The notes under the pieces: generated by a model
What the model saw: only the letters and a program-made list of their open reading frames with translations
Told to the model about the DNA's origin: nothing
Databases searched by the model: none
NCBI GenBank assembly: GCA_038496445.1
Contig: JALMLS010000500.1
Location: 1-64,000 of the forward strand
Direction of reading: 5' to 3'
DNA: 64,000 nt
Source: Trichosphaerium sp. ATCC 40318
Lineage: Eukaryota > Protista > Tubulinea
Part shown: positions 50,596 to 62,400 of the stretch, piece by piece
Numbering within the stretch: position 1 is the first letter of the stretch
How the letters are laid out: each line of letters begins with the position of its first letter
Position numbers and translations under genes: made by a program

Positions 50596-52109
50596 ATGGT
50601 GCATTGGCCTACCGAAACGAACCATACGCTCGCAAATTGTGACTTTTTCACTGTTCTTCTATTCAAAAAGGTGCCATTGTACGATGTAGTAATAGGTGCG
50701 TAGAGTAATGCGTTCTCGAGCGTAAACTTGATCTAACAGATTTATAGCGCTACCAGTCGTTGTATTATTCTTCTGGCTTATCGTAAAGCTCCGAGGGCAC
50801 TTGATAGTACGTAGTATATCCATAATAATACAAACAAAAAACGATATTAGAGAATGAGCGTTAAAAACCAGTTAACGGACTGATGTTCATTTTAGGTGTT
50901 GTCTCTTACAAAAAACAAAGGCATGAAAGCAGCACTAATGTAAACAAAACTCAAAAACACGTGACTTGTAACTTATTCACGTTTTTAGATTTTTATGGGT
51001 TGTTGGTATCCTCAATGTTGGAAAGGCATTAGTATTAATAGTAGGGCGCACGCCTGGTACGTTATGATCGCATATAATTGTGATATACGTTACATTTATT
51101 GTTGCAACTGTCTTACATCCTTAAGGGAGAGCGACACAGTCGCCCTACTTCAAAATTGCGTGGGCTGTAACCCATAGCGCAGCAGTGAGTCTAGAAGTAT
51201 ACATTGATTTATTGGTAATTGTTCTCATGTACATTGTTGTCTTACCGGTAAACAAACAGTATCCTTACCAAGAAATATTGTAGCTTTGGAGTAAAATGGA
51301 CAGGTCTTAAGATTAGGTTATACTCAACTGTATTGAAAATTATGGCCATTGCTGCGATAATAGCTGCCTGTCTTGATTGTTCAATCAAACTTTTCATCTT
51401 GTTCGAGGTAGGTGAAGAAGTAGACCAAATTAAAAGTGGCAGAGTCAGGTAAATGTTTGCCTTTTGTTGACTATCTTGCTCATATCTTTACGTATAGCAC
51501 TATATACTGGTTACTCAGAGAATCGATTGGTGTGATCCTATATATAGTCATGTTTTTGGTTGTTGCATTCAGCTTGAAAAGGTTCGCTCGAGTGTCTGTG
51601 TTTAACAATACTAATAGTTTTTGATGTTAAGTGAAAACTCGAACTTTGGGTTGCATGGTCTTCGTATGAGAGTTATGCCAGGTATCGTGCATTCATATGA
51701 TAAGTTATCCTAATATCTATTCAATAGTAAAATGGAATCATCTACTCGTGTTATCAGTGCTGTTAAGCCAGTACGCCTTGTCAACTTCAGGTACAAAAAA
51801 AAAAGATGTGTTTGCATTCTCATTTGATCTAGGTTGGGTTATGGTATTTTATTCTATTGATGCAGCGACATGGTAAGTATTTATGAAGTGATGTACTGCT
51901 ATGAAACTCTGATTTCTTTCTTTAGTGTTGTGGATTCCAGTAATCTTGTTTTTTTGTTCGTATTTCCACCAATGGTTTACATGACGTTAATGAGTAAATT
52001 TTTCCAAAAAGCAGAACATTGGCCATTGATGAAACAACAACACAAAGCAAAACGAGTTCAAGTGGGTACTAAGAGCGAACGTGCTCCTTTTTTGGATCCT
52101 GAGAACTGA
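50596..52109 (+). CDS. TPRA1/GPR175 (plant Cand2)-like seven-transmembrane protein; multi-exon
   Basis: Spliced hydrophobic helices LYDVVI-ALPVVVLFFWLIVKL and FLWVVGILNVGKALV, ending with the family-like CVVD...LFVFPPMVYMTLMSKFF. Confidence 0.7.
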
Positions 52110-52375
52110 AGTATCCATGTAAAAAAAAATTTGAAACCAAAACATTTGTAAACTTCGATATACTTTATTCCAAACATTGAGATAGCCCTAAAATAAGCAA
52201 TGTTACTGCAACTTGTAATGAAGATTGTTCTCGCAATAAACCAGTACAGTTTTCACATATTCATGGAATAATGCTCGTAGAAAAATACGAGTAAGTTTCA
52301 TAACCCCAAAAAAACATGGTGTGGCGAAGTAAGCATTAAGCACTTACTCTGGTTTAAGTAACAGCTTGTCAAAGG

Positions 52376-53252
52376 ATGACTACAACTAACGACTACGCAA
52401 CCGTTACGCAAATTACATTTGAATCAACCGCTCCTGAATCATCTCTTATTTCACGTCATAACGCCAATCGTAATGTAGGAGATGACGTAGAAGATAACAA
52501 TGAAGTCGCTCTCGTTACTCCAGGTTCAATACGAAACGTTTAACCCAAGTTTATTCATTTAACAAGCTGTCCAACATGTTTTTTTGACTCCCTTGCGCAG
52601 ATACTGATAAAGAACACGTGATAATTCCGGAAATGACTATTTCGCCACCTACGGTTCTCTTTTATACCCTAAAACATAGTACATCATCTAATTGATAAGG
52701 CTGTTGCACGTAGGACAAGTATTGGTGTAAATGGAATTAGAATGAGAAATACACGTGTTGTTTTGCTTCTCATTGGTGTCACGAACTTAGTAAGTACAGA
52801 AATACCTTTCAAATGACGATGTTAGGCTGTGGCGCTTGTATCTGCATTTTTCGATAGGCTATGGATGCTATCTGGTGTTGTAGTTCTTCCACTTGCGCTA
52901 TTGGCAATCTGGCGCAAGAACACATTATTTTGCTTGCTGGTACCCGGTTTGTGGAGTGTGGATTGTGATTCTAACCCTAAGTATTAGCTGGCTTGTGGTA
53001 TATTAATAGACATTGTTGTACAAGTTATTTTTGCAATGAGGAATGACGGGCGGGTACTTGTGTTTACAGTTGATGCACTTCTTGCATTACTTAAGGTAAT
53101 TTCAATTTCAACCGTCTATCCAGTTTACTGACAGCTTTAAGCTACTTTCTTTGTACTACACATATCGCTTTTGGAAGGTAGTACAAGTACGCAATAAATA
53201 TAAAAAGCGTGAGAACTCGTTGCGTGAAATGGACGATGATATGTACTTGTAG
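52376..53252 (+). CDS. Small ~4-TM membrane protein of unknown function; multi-exon
   Basis: Short GT-AG introns join open exons with four hydrophobic stretches, ending ...EMDDDMYL*. Confidence 0.7.
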
Positions 53253-53343
53253 CAAAATATTTGGACACTGTCCAAAATCAGTGCTGAAAATAAAATGATT
53301 GATAAAACACTTAAACTAAATGATGATTTAACCAAGCAACAAC

Positions 53344-54122
53344 ATGAATAAGAACTCTACGAACAACTTTGACGCTTTTCTAGAAAGTACAATTATAACA
53401 GGCGATGATATGAGGGCTACATTACTCAAACACTCTGAAAGCAGCATGATAGAATTGTACAAAACAGCAACTAAAAAGCAGTGGGCTAACCTCCAGGCTA
53501 TGCTTAATCGTAGTAGTTCAGTTGATAATGAACTGGCAAAGTCGTTGGTGCTCATAAATCTATTGCAGCTATTACGCGACATGGAGTAGGTAAACAAGTC
53601 GCAAAATATGGTTTATATCTAGACGTATTCAATCAATCACTAATTTCTTAGCGACTTTCCTGGACGTCAAAATTTTATCCTACGTATGCGAGGGCAACTA
53701 AAAGTACACAGGAAACTATTTGTAGGAGAAATGGAAACCAAGAATGCATTCAATAGGTCAGAGAAAAAAACTAGTACAAGTTTTATACTGTAGCTCTCAA
53801 TCTTCCATTTATGGATCGTAAAAAGAGAAAAAAATCGGATACACAAGTTAACAGGCAAACAAAACGCAGACGATTGATAAAGGAAGATAAGGAAGTTAAC
53901 GACGAATGTTTAAATAACTCTGAAGAGAATGTCATTAATAGTGATGAAGAAAATGACGAAGAGGAAGACAAGAAAGTTGAAGCAAATGACGAAGAGGAAG
54001 ACGAGAAAGTTGAAGCTAATGAACAGTGTTTAAATAACTCAAAAGTAGGTACGAGCACTACCTACTCAAAGAAGCAAGAAGAGCAATGGATGGGCAGAAG
54101 AAATGTCGAGAAGCATTTGTAG
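53344..54122 (+). CDS. Hypothetical protein or gene fragment with basic NLS-like and acidic segments; splicing unresolved
   Basis: ORFs 53344-53589 and 53811-54122 read as natural protein. An in-frame 33-bp duplication lies at 53952-54017. Confidence 0.4.
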
Positions 54123-55993
54123 ATATCCATTTCTGAACAAAGTTTTATTTTTTGTGGATCGAGTTTGTTTTTGTATGAGATTGGTTTAGGATTTTCTTCA
54201 ATTTCAAACCCATGTTCTCCTTCTCCAAGCTTTTTGCTACTTTGAATGATGTTGTGGTGTATGTTTATGCATGTAACAAATAGCTGGGCAGATTGTCTAC
54301 AACGATTTCCTAACTTATCCAAATCCAAATTGCTTCAAGGTGTACTCTCACTGTGGATGTAAGGCATCTTCTCTACAAGCTACAGTAGCATAATTTGAAC
54401 ACTATCAGCATGCCCCACAATCTTTTTGAAAAAAAAGGGTTAATTAAACCATCACACGTGATTTGTTTTGTACCAGGAACTCGGGTGGGATACTATTAAG
54501 TAATTTTATTGGCTTATTTAAGAATATAGTCTTCTTGCACCTAGAACGTGATAGCTCAATAACTTCTACAATACAACATCAGAAACTCAGCTATAATATT
54601 CTTTTATAACGTACTATCTTGGCCTATATATACATGCGCCAATAAAATCTTTGAAGCTGAGAACAAGTACAACGTGTGACCAAAATGCTCTTGTGATTTT
54701 TCTATGTGAAAGAAATAAACACAGTGAGAAAATTAGTTTCAAATACCGTCACGTGGTGCTATAGCAAGGTATTGGTTATCTGAGGGCAACATTTCTTCAT
54801 TATCTACAAGAAGAGACCACAAACCAATCTGTGTATGAACCGTAAACAAGTGAAAAAAGTGTAAAAAACAAAAACAAATTTATAGCCACCAGCTTTTAAC
54901 TTACTTCAAAAGGTAATATGATAGGTGCTATTGCTGTCAACGCCAGCGTTTGTCTTATTTGTAATAAGAAAAGATGATGCGTTTCATCCTTTGTCACGTG
55001 TTAGTATGATCTAATACTCGTGTGGCGTACTTCACAAACAACAAGTGATTTTGACAGGAGTTCCAACTTTATAAATGAACCTTTGCCTGCACGGAGAAGC
55101 AAACCACCTGGTATCACAGATTTTACATCACTTTATAATGTGAGTGAACATGTGGCGTACAGAGATTGAACGTACGGCAAACGAGGCTTTTCTCTGGTAT
55201 CAGTTGCACGTGTTCCAAAAATAATTTCTTCCTCATCGTAGCTCTCTGTTAAGGGCATACTATCATTCCCATGTAACAACAGAACACGTATACCTTCATC
55301 GTTGCCGATAATTAAGTGCGTTTTTGTAAGCAGAGATGTAGTTGGAACCTTGTAAAAACAATAAGAAAGCAAAGACCAAAACTCCTATTCAAACCTTCGC
55401 CAACTTGAAGATTCTGAACCACTTGATTAGAATTTCGTTCTTTTGAGGCTCTTTCGTTACTTTACCTATGTGCATTACTGGTGGGTCATGCGTGGTGACT
55501 CCCAAAATATTGTCTAAGATTGGTAAGTGTCATTCGCGTTTTGAAATGTGTTAACCATGTGAGAATACGTTACAGCCAGTGGCCATTGTCAACGTTAGAG
55601 TGTTTTTCGTTTTGCTGTTTGTTTGAGGTAAAACGTCTTGTGATTGGCTAATACCAAGTTGTATAACGTGAGCATCTAGGCTGTACGCTTCTAGTCCTTC
55701 TGAAACGCTACATACGGCTATTGTATCTTTTCCAGCTACCAACCAGCAAATTGAGCTGCAGTTAGATACCAACAGCTATGTTTAGTTAAATACGCGGTTT
55801 GAACCATCAAGGCTAACTTTTGGCTTATTTTCTTCTGTGTGTTGTACTATGGCGTCACCTGCTCAAATTAACTTCCAGCGCATGGTTGGTGCATCTGCGT
55901 ACCTTTTTCAGAGACAAACGCAACACATTTCGTTAGATTGTCTACATGAATTCTACTGTTGTTTGGTAGGTCAACAGACTCTACTACGGACAT
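54062..55993 (-). CDS. Hypothetical multi-exon protein
   Basis: MSVVESVDLPNNSRIHVDNLTKCVAFVSEKG... Consecutive short GT-AG introns keep the frame at the 5' end. No family recognised; 3' end uncertain. Confidence 0.55.
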
Positions 55994-56062
55994 TATGACG
56001 ATTTTAACACCAAAATGACATCTGTAGCAATTAATAAAAGTCAACAGTCATCTCCCAGTACG

Positions 56063-56847
56063 ATGCTGCGCCTAACAAGGCGCCCACTGTGGCTAGCGAA
56101 GACTATGACAGCGTTAACTACACCAAAACGTTTTGTACGTGTTTTTGCTGACTGTAGACTTACAAGTGTTAAAAGAACCTCACACATGTTGATTCCACTG
56201 GCACACCAACAATGGTAGATGTTTCAACAAAATCAGTCACGAAACGCACAGCAACCGCGAGATCATCAGTTTTACTGCCCAGTACGCCATTTAATGGCTA
56301 AAACACCTTACAAATACAGAGGAAATTTCTGACAATATCAAGCTGGAAAAAGGTGATGTTTATGCAAAGAAAGGTACATAGCCACATCAACATAGTTAAT
56401 ACAAAGTGGTGAATCACGTGCTTACACTTCAAAAACAAGGTCCCGTGTTTGCAACAGCTATAGTAGCAGGAACCATGGCAGCAAAGAAAACATCTGACAT
56501 AATCCCCTTTTGTCATCCCGTGGGTGTAGAAAGTTGTAAGATAAACATCAACATGAGTAATGATGCAGTACGTTATGCAAAACCTCCCAATATTGACATA
56601 CACTAGCAAAAGGTATTAATCGAAAGTACAGTAACCTGTACCCACAAGACTGGTGTTGAGATGGAGGTACATACCAAATCATTTTCTGATTCTTCAGCAT
56701 TAACTTTTTTAGGCACTTACAAGTGCCTCTGTTGCTGCCTTGACGGTGTATGACATGCTCAAGGCGCTCTCCCATAATATTAAGATAACTCAAACAGAGC
56801 TGATAGAAAAGACTGGGGGTAAATCCGACCTAAAAATAAAATCTTAG
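56063..56847 (+). CDS. moaC: Cyclic pyranopterin monophosphate synthase (MoaC/MOCS1B/CNX3), with presequence
   Basis: Motifs [49 protein letters not shown] and EKTGGKSD. Confidence 0.95.
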
Positions 56848-57004
56848 GTAGTAAGAAACTTGTTTGAAAGTCGGTTGCTTGCCAAAATAATGAGTTTTCA
56901 TCAACACTTAAAACCTGAACTTGGCACATTCCTGAAATACAACACGCACTCGTAGCTACAGTAAGGTTTTAAATATAACGTTCGTAAATACTGTATAAGT
57001 CTCC

Positions 57005-59140
57005 ATGTTGGCTAGAACATGCTGCCGCCGATATCAAACGCGTCACTACGCACAGACAAGACAGCGTAGGGCGATAGCCTGTCAAAAGTGGTTTCACACA
57101 ACACCAAAGGCTAAAAATGCCAGTAGAGACGTGTTTAGTTCGTTGATAGCTCAGGCAAAGCAAAGAGTACCAAATGTACCTAGTGAGCATGAGTCTACAG
57201 GTCCCAAGGAAATACCGCTAGAGAAGCACGTCTTTCCAACAGGGAAGGATGTAAAGTACGTGATTTTAGTAAATTGCTTTATGTAACTGTCAAACAATTA
57301 AACTTAGGCGTTAATTCGCTAACCAGATTAGTTTGGCGTCGATGGAGTGGATTGGATTTGATTATGGTACAATTCTCACAACTCTGACCATAATATCCTC
57401 TAACATCGCTATATTGTAGACTTTACGCTTGCTCCTTACAAACCCAACATTCAAAATCTAATTTATGACATGGCTCTCGAATATTTAATCACAAAACTTC
57501 GCTATCCTGAAGAACTGCGCGAACGTGGATACGAGCCTAATTTTGCAATTCGTGGGTTGCACTATGATTCAAACAAAGGCATGTCAAAAAGAGCAAAAAA
57601 AAAACAACAAAAAAGCCCAAGCGCATTTTCCTCAGCTTGTCTAATCTCGTTTTACAGGTAATCTAGTAAAAATAGATTACCTACATAATATTCAGCCTGG
57701 TGCAGTGTTCCGTGGACGTCACAGGCTGTCAGGTGATGAAATATTGGATCAGTATGGTGGCTTACATGTACTGTCTATTTCTCAACGAACATTCGCTGAT
57801 TTCTTTTTTGTAGCTTTCAAACAAATACATGGACCTCAATATGAAGCCTATGCTCGATGAGTTTGCCAAACCAGAATCATGTACGTATTTTTTAACCAAA
57901 AATTATTGCCTGACCTAAGTTAGGTCTCATTGCGAATGTCATTGATTTCGTGTCAAAAGAAAATGTACCATTTAATTACAAATATCTTGTTGATGACGTA
58001 ACAAATGCTATTGAATATGTACATACATCGAACTTGATCCATGATCGTATTATGGCTGATATACCTACATACTTGGATGAGAACCAACCGCTACGAGAAT
58101 TACTCACTGGGTTGCAAGACAGAGGCGTAAAGGTAATTCGACATCTAAAGTTCCATCAAAGTTTATATTTCTTGTTTAGCTGTTCCTTCTTACAAATAGT
58201 CACTTTTCTTTTGTAAATGCTGGCATGACGTATATGCTTGATAAAAATTGGACAGAGTTGTTTGATGTTGTTATGTGTTCAGCAAGAAAACCTGCTTTTT
58301 TCAAGTACGCATTTGTACCAGTAGTTTTGTTGACATCCTTTTCTAGACACAATAGGCCGTTCCGTTTACTTGACTACAAAGGAAGATTACGATGGGAACC
58401 AGTAACACATTTTGAGAAAGGTAGAGTGTACTTGGAAGGTTCGATAAAGGTACAAGGAGCTTAAAATAGATGATAATGTTCGATTAACATGAAATAGCAA
58501 TGGCGTGAGATTACCAAAGCACCATACTCTAAAGTGTTATACATTGGAGACCACCTTTACGCAGATTTAAGAGAGCCTAGCAGGCAAACGTACGAAGATA
58601 AAGTCAACACTCAAAGTAGTAATATTAAATCACGTGACGCTATTTTAGTGGTTGGAAAACAGCAGCACTTGTACATGAACTTGAAGAGGAGATTTCAAAG
58701 CAAAACGCTCCAGAGTTTAAAGTCCGCTTGAAAGAGAAACTGACCCTTGAAAAATATTGTATGATACTTGCCGCAGATCACAAAGAAGACAGAATACTCA
58801 TAAAAGCTATGCGTAAAGAGATCTCAGACAGAGAACAAGGCAAGGTTTTTTTTGAAAAACCTAACGAAAAGTTTTTTATTTTTCTTGCTTGGACAACGCA
58901 CAACTAACCCATTTCTTAGAGCTCAAAGATATATTCAACCCTTACTTTGGTAGTGTTTTCAGAACACCCCAAGGTCCTACTCTTTTCGCGTATTATGTAC
59001 AGCGCTACGCCGATGTCTACACATCTAGCATCACCAATTTTGCCAATTACCCATTTGATTACGTCTATACTCCAGGACGTAACTACTTGCCACATGAAAC
59101 ACATCATTACAACCCAGATCTTAGCGCAATTTTAAACTGA
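57005..59140 (+). CDS. HAD-family 5'-nucleotidase domain protein (NT5DC2/3-like)
   Basis: Motifs GFDYDFTLA, FAIRGLHYD, FLLTNS, SARKPAFF, LYIGDHLYADL and FNPYFGSVFRT...RYADVYTS. Confidence 0.93.
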
Positions 59141-59460
59141 CTCACGAAAATAAGTACGAGAAGAAAATAATAAAAAAAATTTAAGGCACAAAGTACTATC
59201 GCGTTTATTTTCAGCATATTGTTTGATCACAATCTGGAACGCACGGGTAGAACCACTCCTCTCTCTGTCCGTCACTGGTACTACTAAATAAACGTATTTT
59301 TGGGCCACAGTTTGCCTAAATACATAATAGGATTCTGATAGCATACTCCAATGCTAACAACAGCGTCTGGAACAATTATTGATTATTAACAGCAAAATAA
59401 ACGAAAAAACAACCACAAAAGGATATCAATTTGCCTCAGCGCACTACCACAGCTGTACAA

Positions 59461-62400
59461 ATGAGCTATGGCAGCGATGAGGACGAATATGCAGAATACC
59501 CAGGCATGAACCTAAATAGCCTCAGTATGGACAGATCGGTAGCTGCTGCGTCTCTAATACGCAACCATAAACAAACAGAGCGAGGTACGATTTTAGTAAT
59601 AACCAAATGACGCCAATTATGTTCACGCTAATGTTTCGCGCAGACTGGAACAAGGAGTTTCAAGAACTACTTCATTCTTCCCGAATTGCCGAATTACCTG
59701 TAGGGTACGCAAAAACCGCTGAAGTTTATCGACAGCAATGAAAACAAGCTTTAATAGTACTAACAGACACCTTTTTTTCCGTCGCAATTAGTACTTTGTC
59801 AACGTCACACGTTTTAACTATTCCATAGTGGCTTACAAGCTGAGTTGACGCGTACAGTTGATCTAAAAAAACTAGCTCTTGAATTTGCGCACCTTGCGAG
59901 TGAAATAGGTGTAAAAATCATTTCAGAGTTGTACCTTCCAAATCAAGACAAGACAATACAACCTGTACCTGTTGGTGGTATGGCAGGAGGAGAAAAATTC
60001 TTACACCATGGTATTATGTTCAAGTTATCTCGTGACTGGAAAAACATTTACAATTGTGACTCGTATGCTATAAAGGCTGCTGAGGTGCGTATAACCAAAT
60101 ACAACTTTTACACAAACCAGAAAAAAAGGATCTTCCCAAATGATGACAAAAGTTGACACTGCAGTTTTTTGAGCCGTTAGTAGTTTTTTTATTTTAGCTA
60201 AAGTTTTGTTAGCACGAACTACGTGCAGCTATGGCGTTCTCAGACTGTAGGATATCACGTTTAGCTACACCTCTAATGGCACTTGTTCGGTTCGTGAAAA
60301 CTGTTAACTTAAACTTAGTGAAGTTTTTTTTTTGTTTACTTTGCGTGCAGATATCGTGGGCACTGTCTCTTGGCTCAGTCATTGGTACCAATAGATGAGA
60401 ACAGTTTATGTTATGGAAGCCATGATGCTGGAACAACGATACATAATAGTAACAGAGAACTTGAAGAGAAGATAGCTAGAGCAGCTAACGCTTTATACCT
60501 GAAGGTAAGCAATCACGTGATATTACTACAAAAAAAGACACTCGTTTTTGTGATTCTCATAATATTAATAGTATCACCGTGTTTGGGATAAAGGTCGTGA
60601 GGACTCTACAATGTTATTCACTGCTGTTGACCTTGAGGGCCACGTAGGCAGCGACAATAATTTTTACTTGAGTGCGTTACTAACTTTTAGTTTTTTTCGA
60701 AAAAAATAAAAAAGGTACACTAAATTGTATTGTAGTTGATTTAGCACGCACCTTCCCACCTACCGACCCTAACGGTAAAAAATGTGTACACATGTATCGC
60801 CTATTCCGACCAGAGTTTTTAAAAGCCAATGGTGTACCTTTATCGTCGGACGCTTTCAGCAAGTTTGGCCGAGATGACGACCAAGAGATTCACAACAAAG
60901 AAGTACGTTACTTTTACCCGTTTCTCCTCCACTTACCTTTCATCGCGCTACAGGTCAAGGAAGCAACAAGAAAGTTGGTACAACTAGCACCCATTACGTT
61001 AACGAAACGATTAACTTTTTTTTTAATAGCTCTATGAGCACGTGCCTCAGTTTGCAGAGTTTTTAGAGGGAAGATTCAGGCCAGGTAAAACTGTTATCTT
61101 TTTAAAGAGATTCAAATTGTTTTTTTAAGTGAATAAGTTTCTGTGCATTGCTAACGTAATTTAGTACCCCAACACCACGCGTTAAAGAGAGAGCTTGGAG
61201 AATCTGTTAGCTCTAGCATAAGTGTTAGCCTTAATAGCAGTTTCAGTTCAACTTCCAGCAGCGGAAGGGCTACGGTAAGAAAAACTGTCTAAACCGACTA
61301 AAATCTCATTGATTACTGCTAGTACTACATAAAAGGTAACGACATACCTGTAAGTGACGAACTTCCACAATTGTGTGCAGAGTACGGCATAGAGATTGTA
61401 GCAATCTTTTTTCTAAACAACAACGATAGGTTACATCTGCGCGGGTTGAACCTTAGGTATCTCGCATGGCTATACTGTCACTTAGTAAGCCCTAAAATCA
61501 AACGATTGGTACTTACAGAAACTGCTGCTCGAACTGCCAAGCATCTATTGGAAGCAAGGTACATTTCTCCACCGAGGCTAGCGGTTTTCAAAGAAATCAC
61601 GTGATAAATGTTACGAGAAAAAAACCTCTTTTGGCATTGTGAATCCATTGTAATCTCTTTTGTAGATGGAGAACATTAGAGATCCCTGATCAAAAGCCGT
61701 TTCTCGAAACGGCAGTTGTTTTCTTTAATCAACTGTTTGGAAATGAAGCACAAAGATTTTGGAGAACTACTGTAAAACCAGAACTACTGGAAAGGTACAC
61801 TTCTGCCAAGTTATGTTTTTACCTTACTCACCTACTATCGTCAAGATTTCCAATAGACGACCCACAGTCCTCTACTCTACCAGAACCACCCGCAATTCTT
61901 TGGGATGATTTTGACTGGAAGTCAGCAGTAGATCAAAGTTTGCTTTTTAGACGTATATGTGAGCTATCTGGTGTTACTTTCAATAAGTATTGTAATCTAA
62001 AGCAACACAATAACCACGCTACACTGACACGTGAGGATTTGAAGTTTCTTCGTGCCAGAAAGGACCCTTTTGCCATTACCGATATACGCGGTATTTTTCC
62101 TCGTGTAAAACATATGCACAGGATATCTTTTGAAGAGGGTACTGCACTGGCTAGATTAGCAGCTACTGAGACTGGCATGGCAGCGTGGCAGTTATACGAA
62201 AAGGTACTTGCGCTTAAATTGAAATGTCGTCATTAAAACAAATGACAGGCATGTAAATTATTTGATCAATGTTTGGCTATAAAACCAGATGACCACAGAG
62301 CATTAAGGTACGAAAAGTTTCAACGAGTCCACTAGTTAATAAATAGAAATCTTAATCTAACATTTCGTAGAAACTGGGCTTTTTGCCTTGGTAAGCAAGC

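Noticed and set aside
47700-58920. Additional GC-AG introns in POLA1 (~47708) and NT5DC (~58840)
   Set aside because: In-frame GT alternatives exist, so GC use cannot be claimed.
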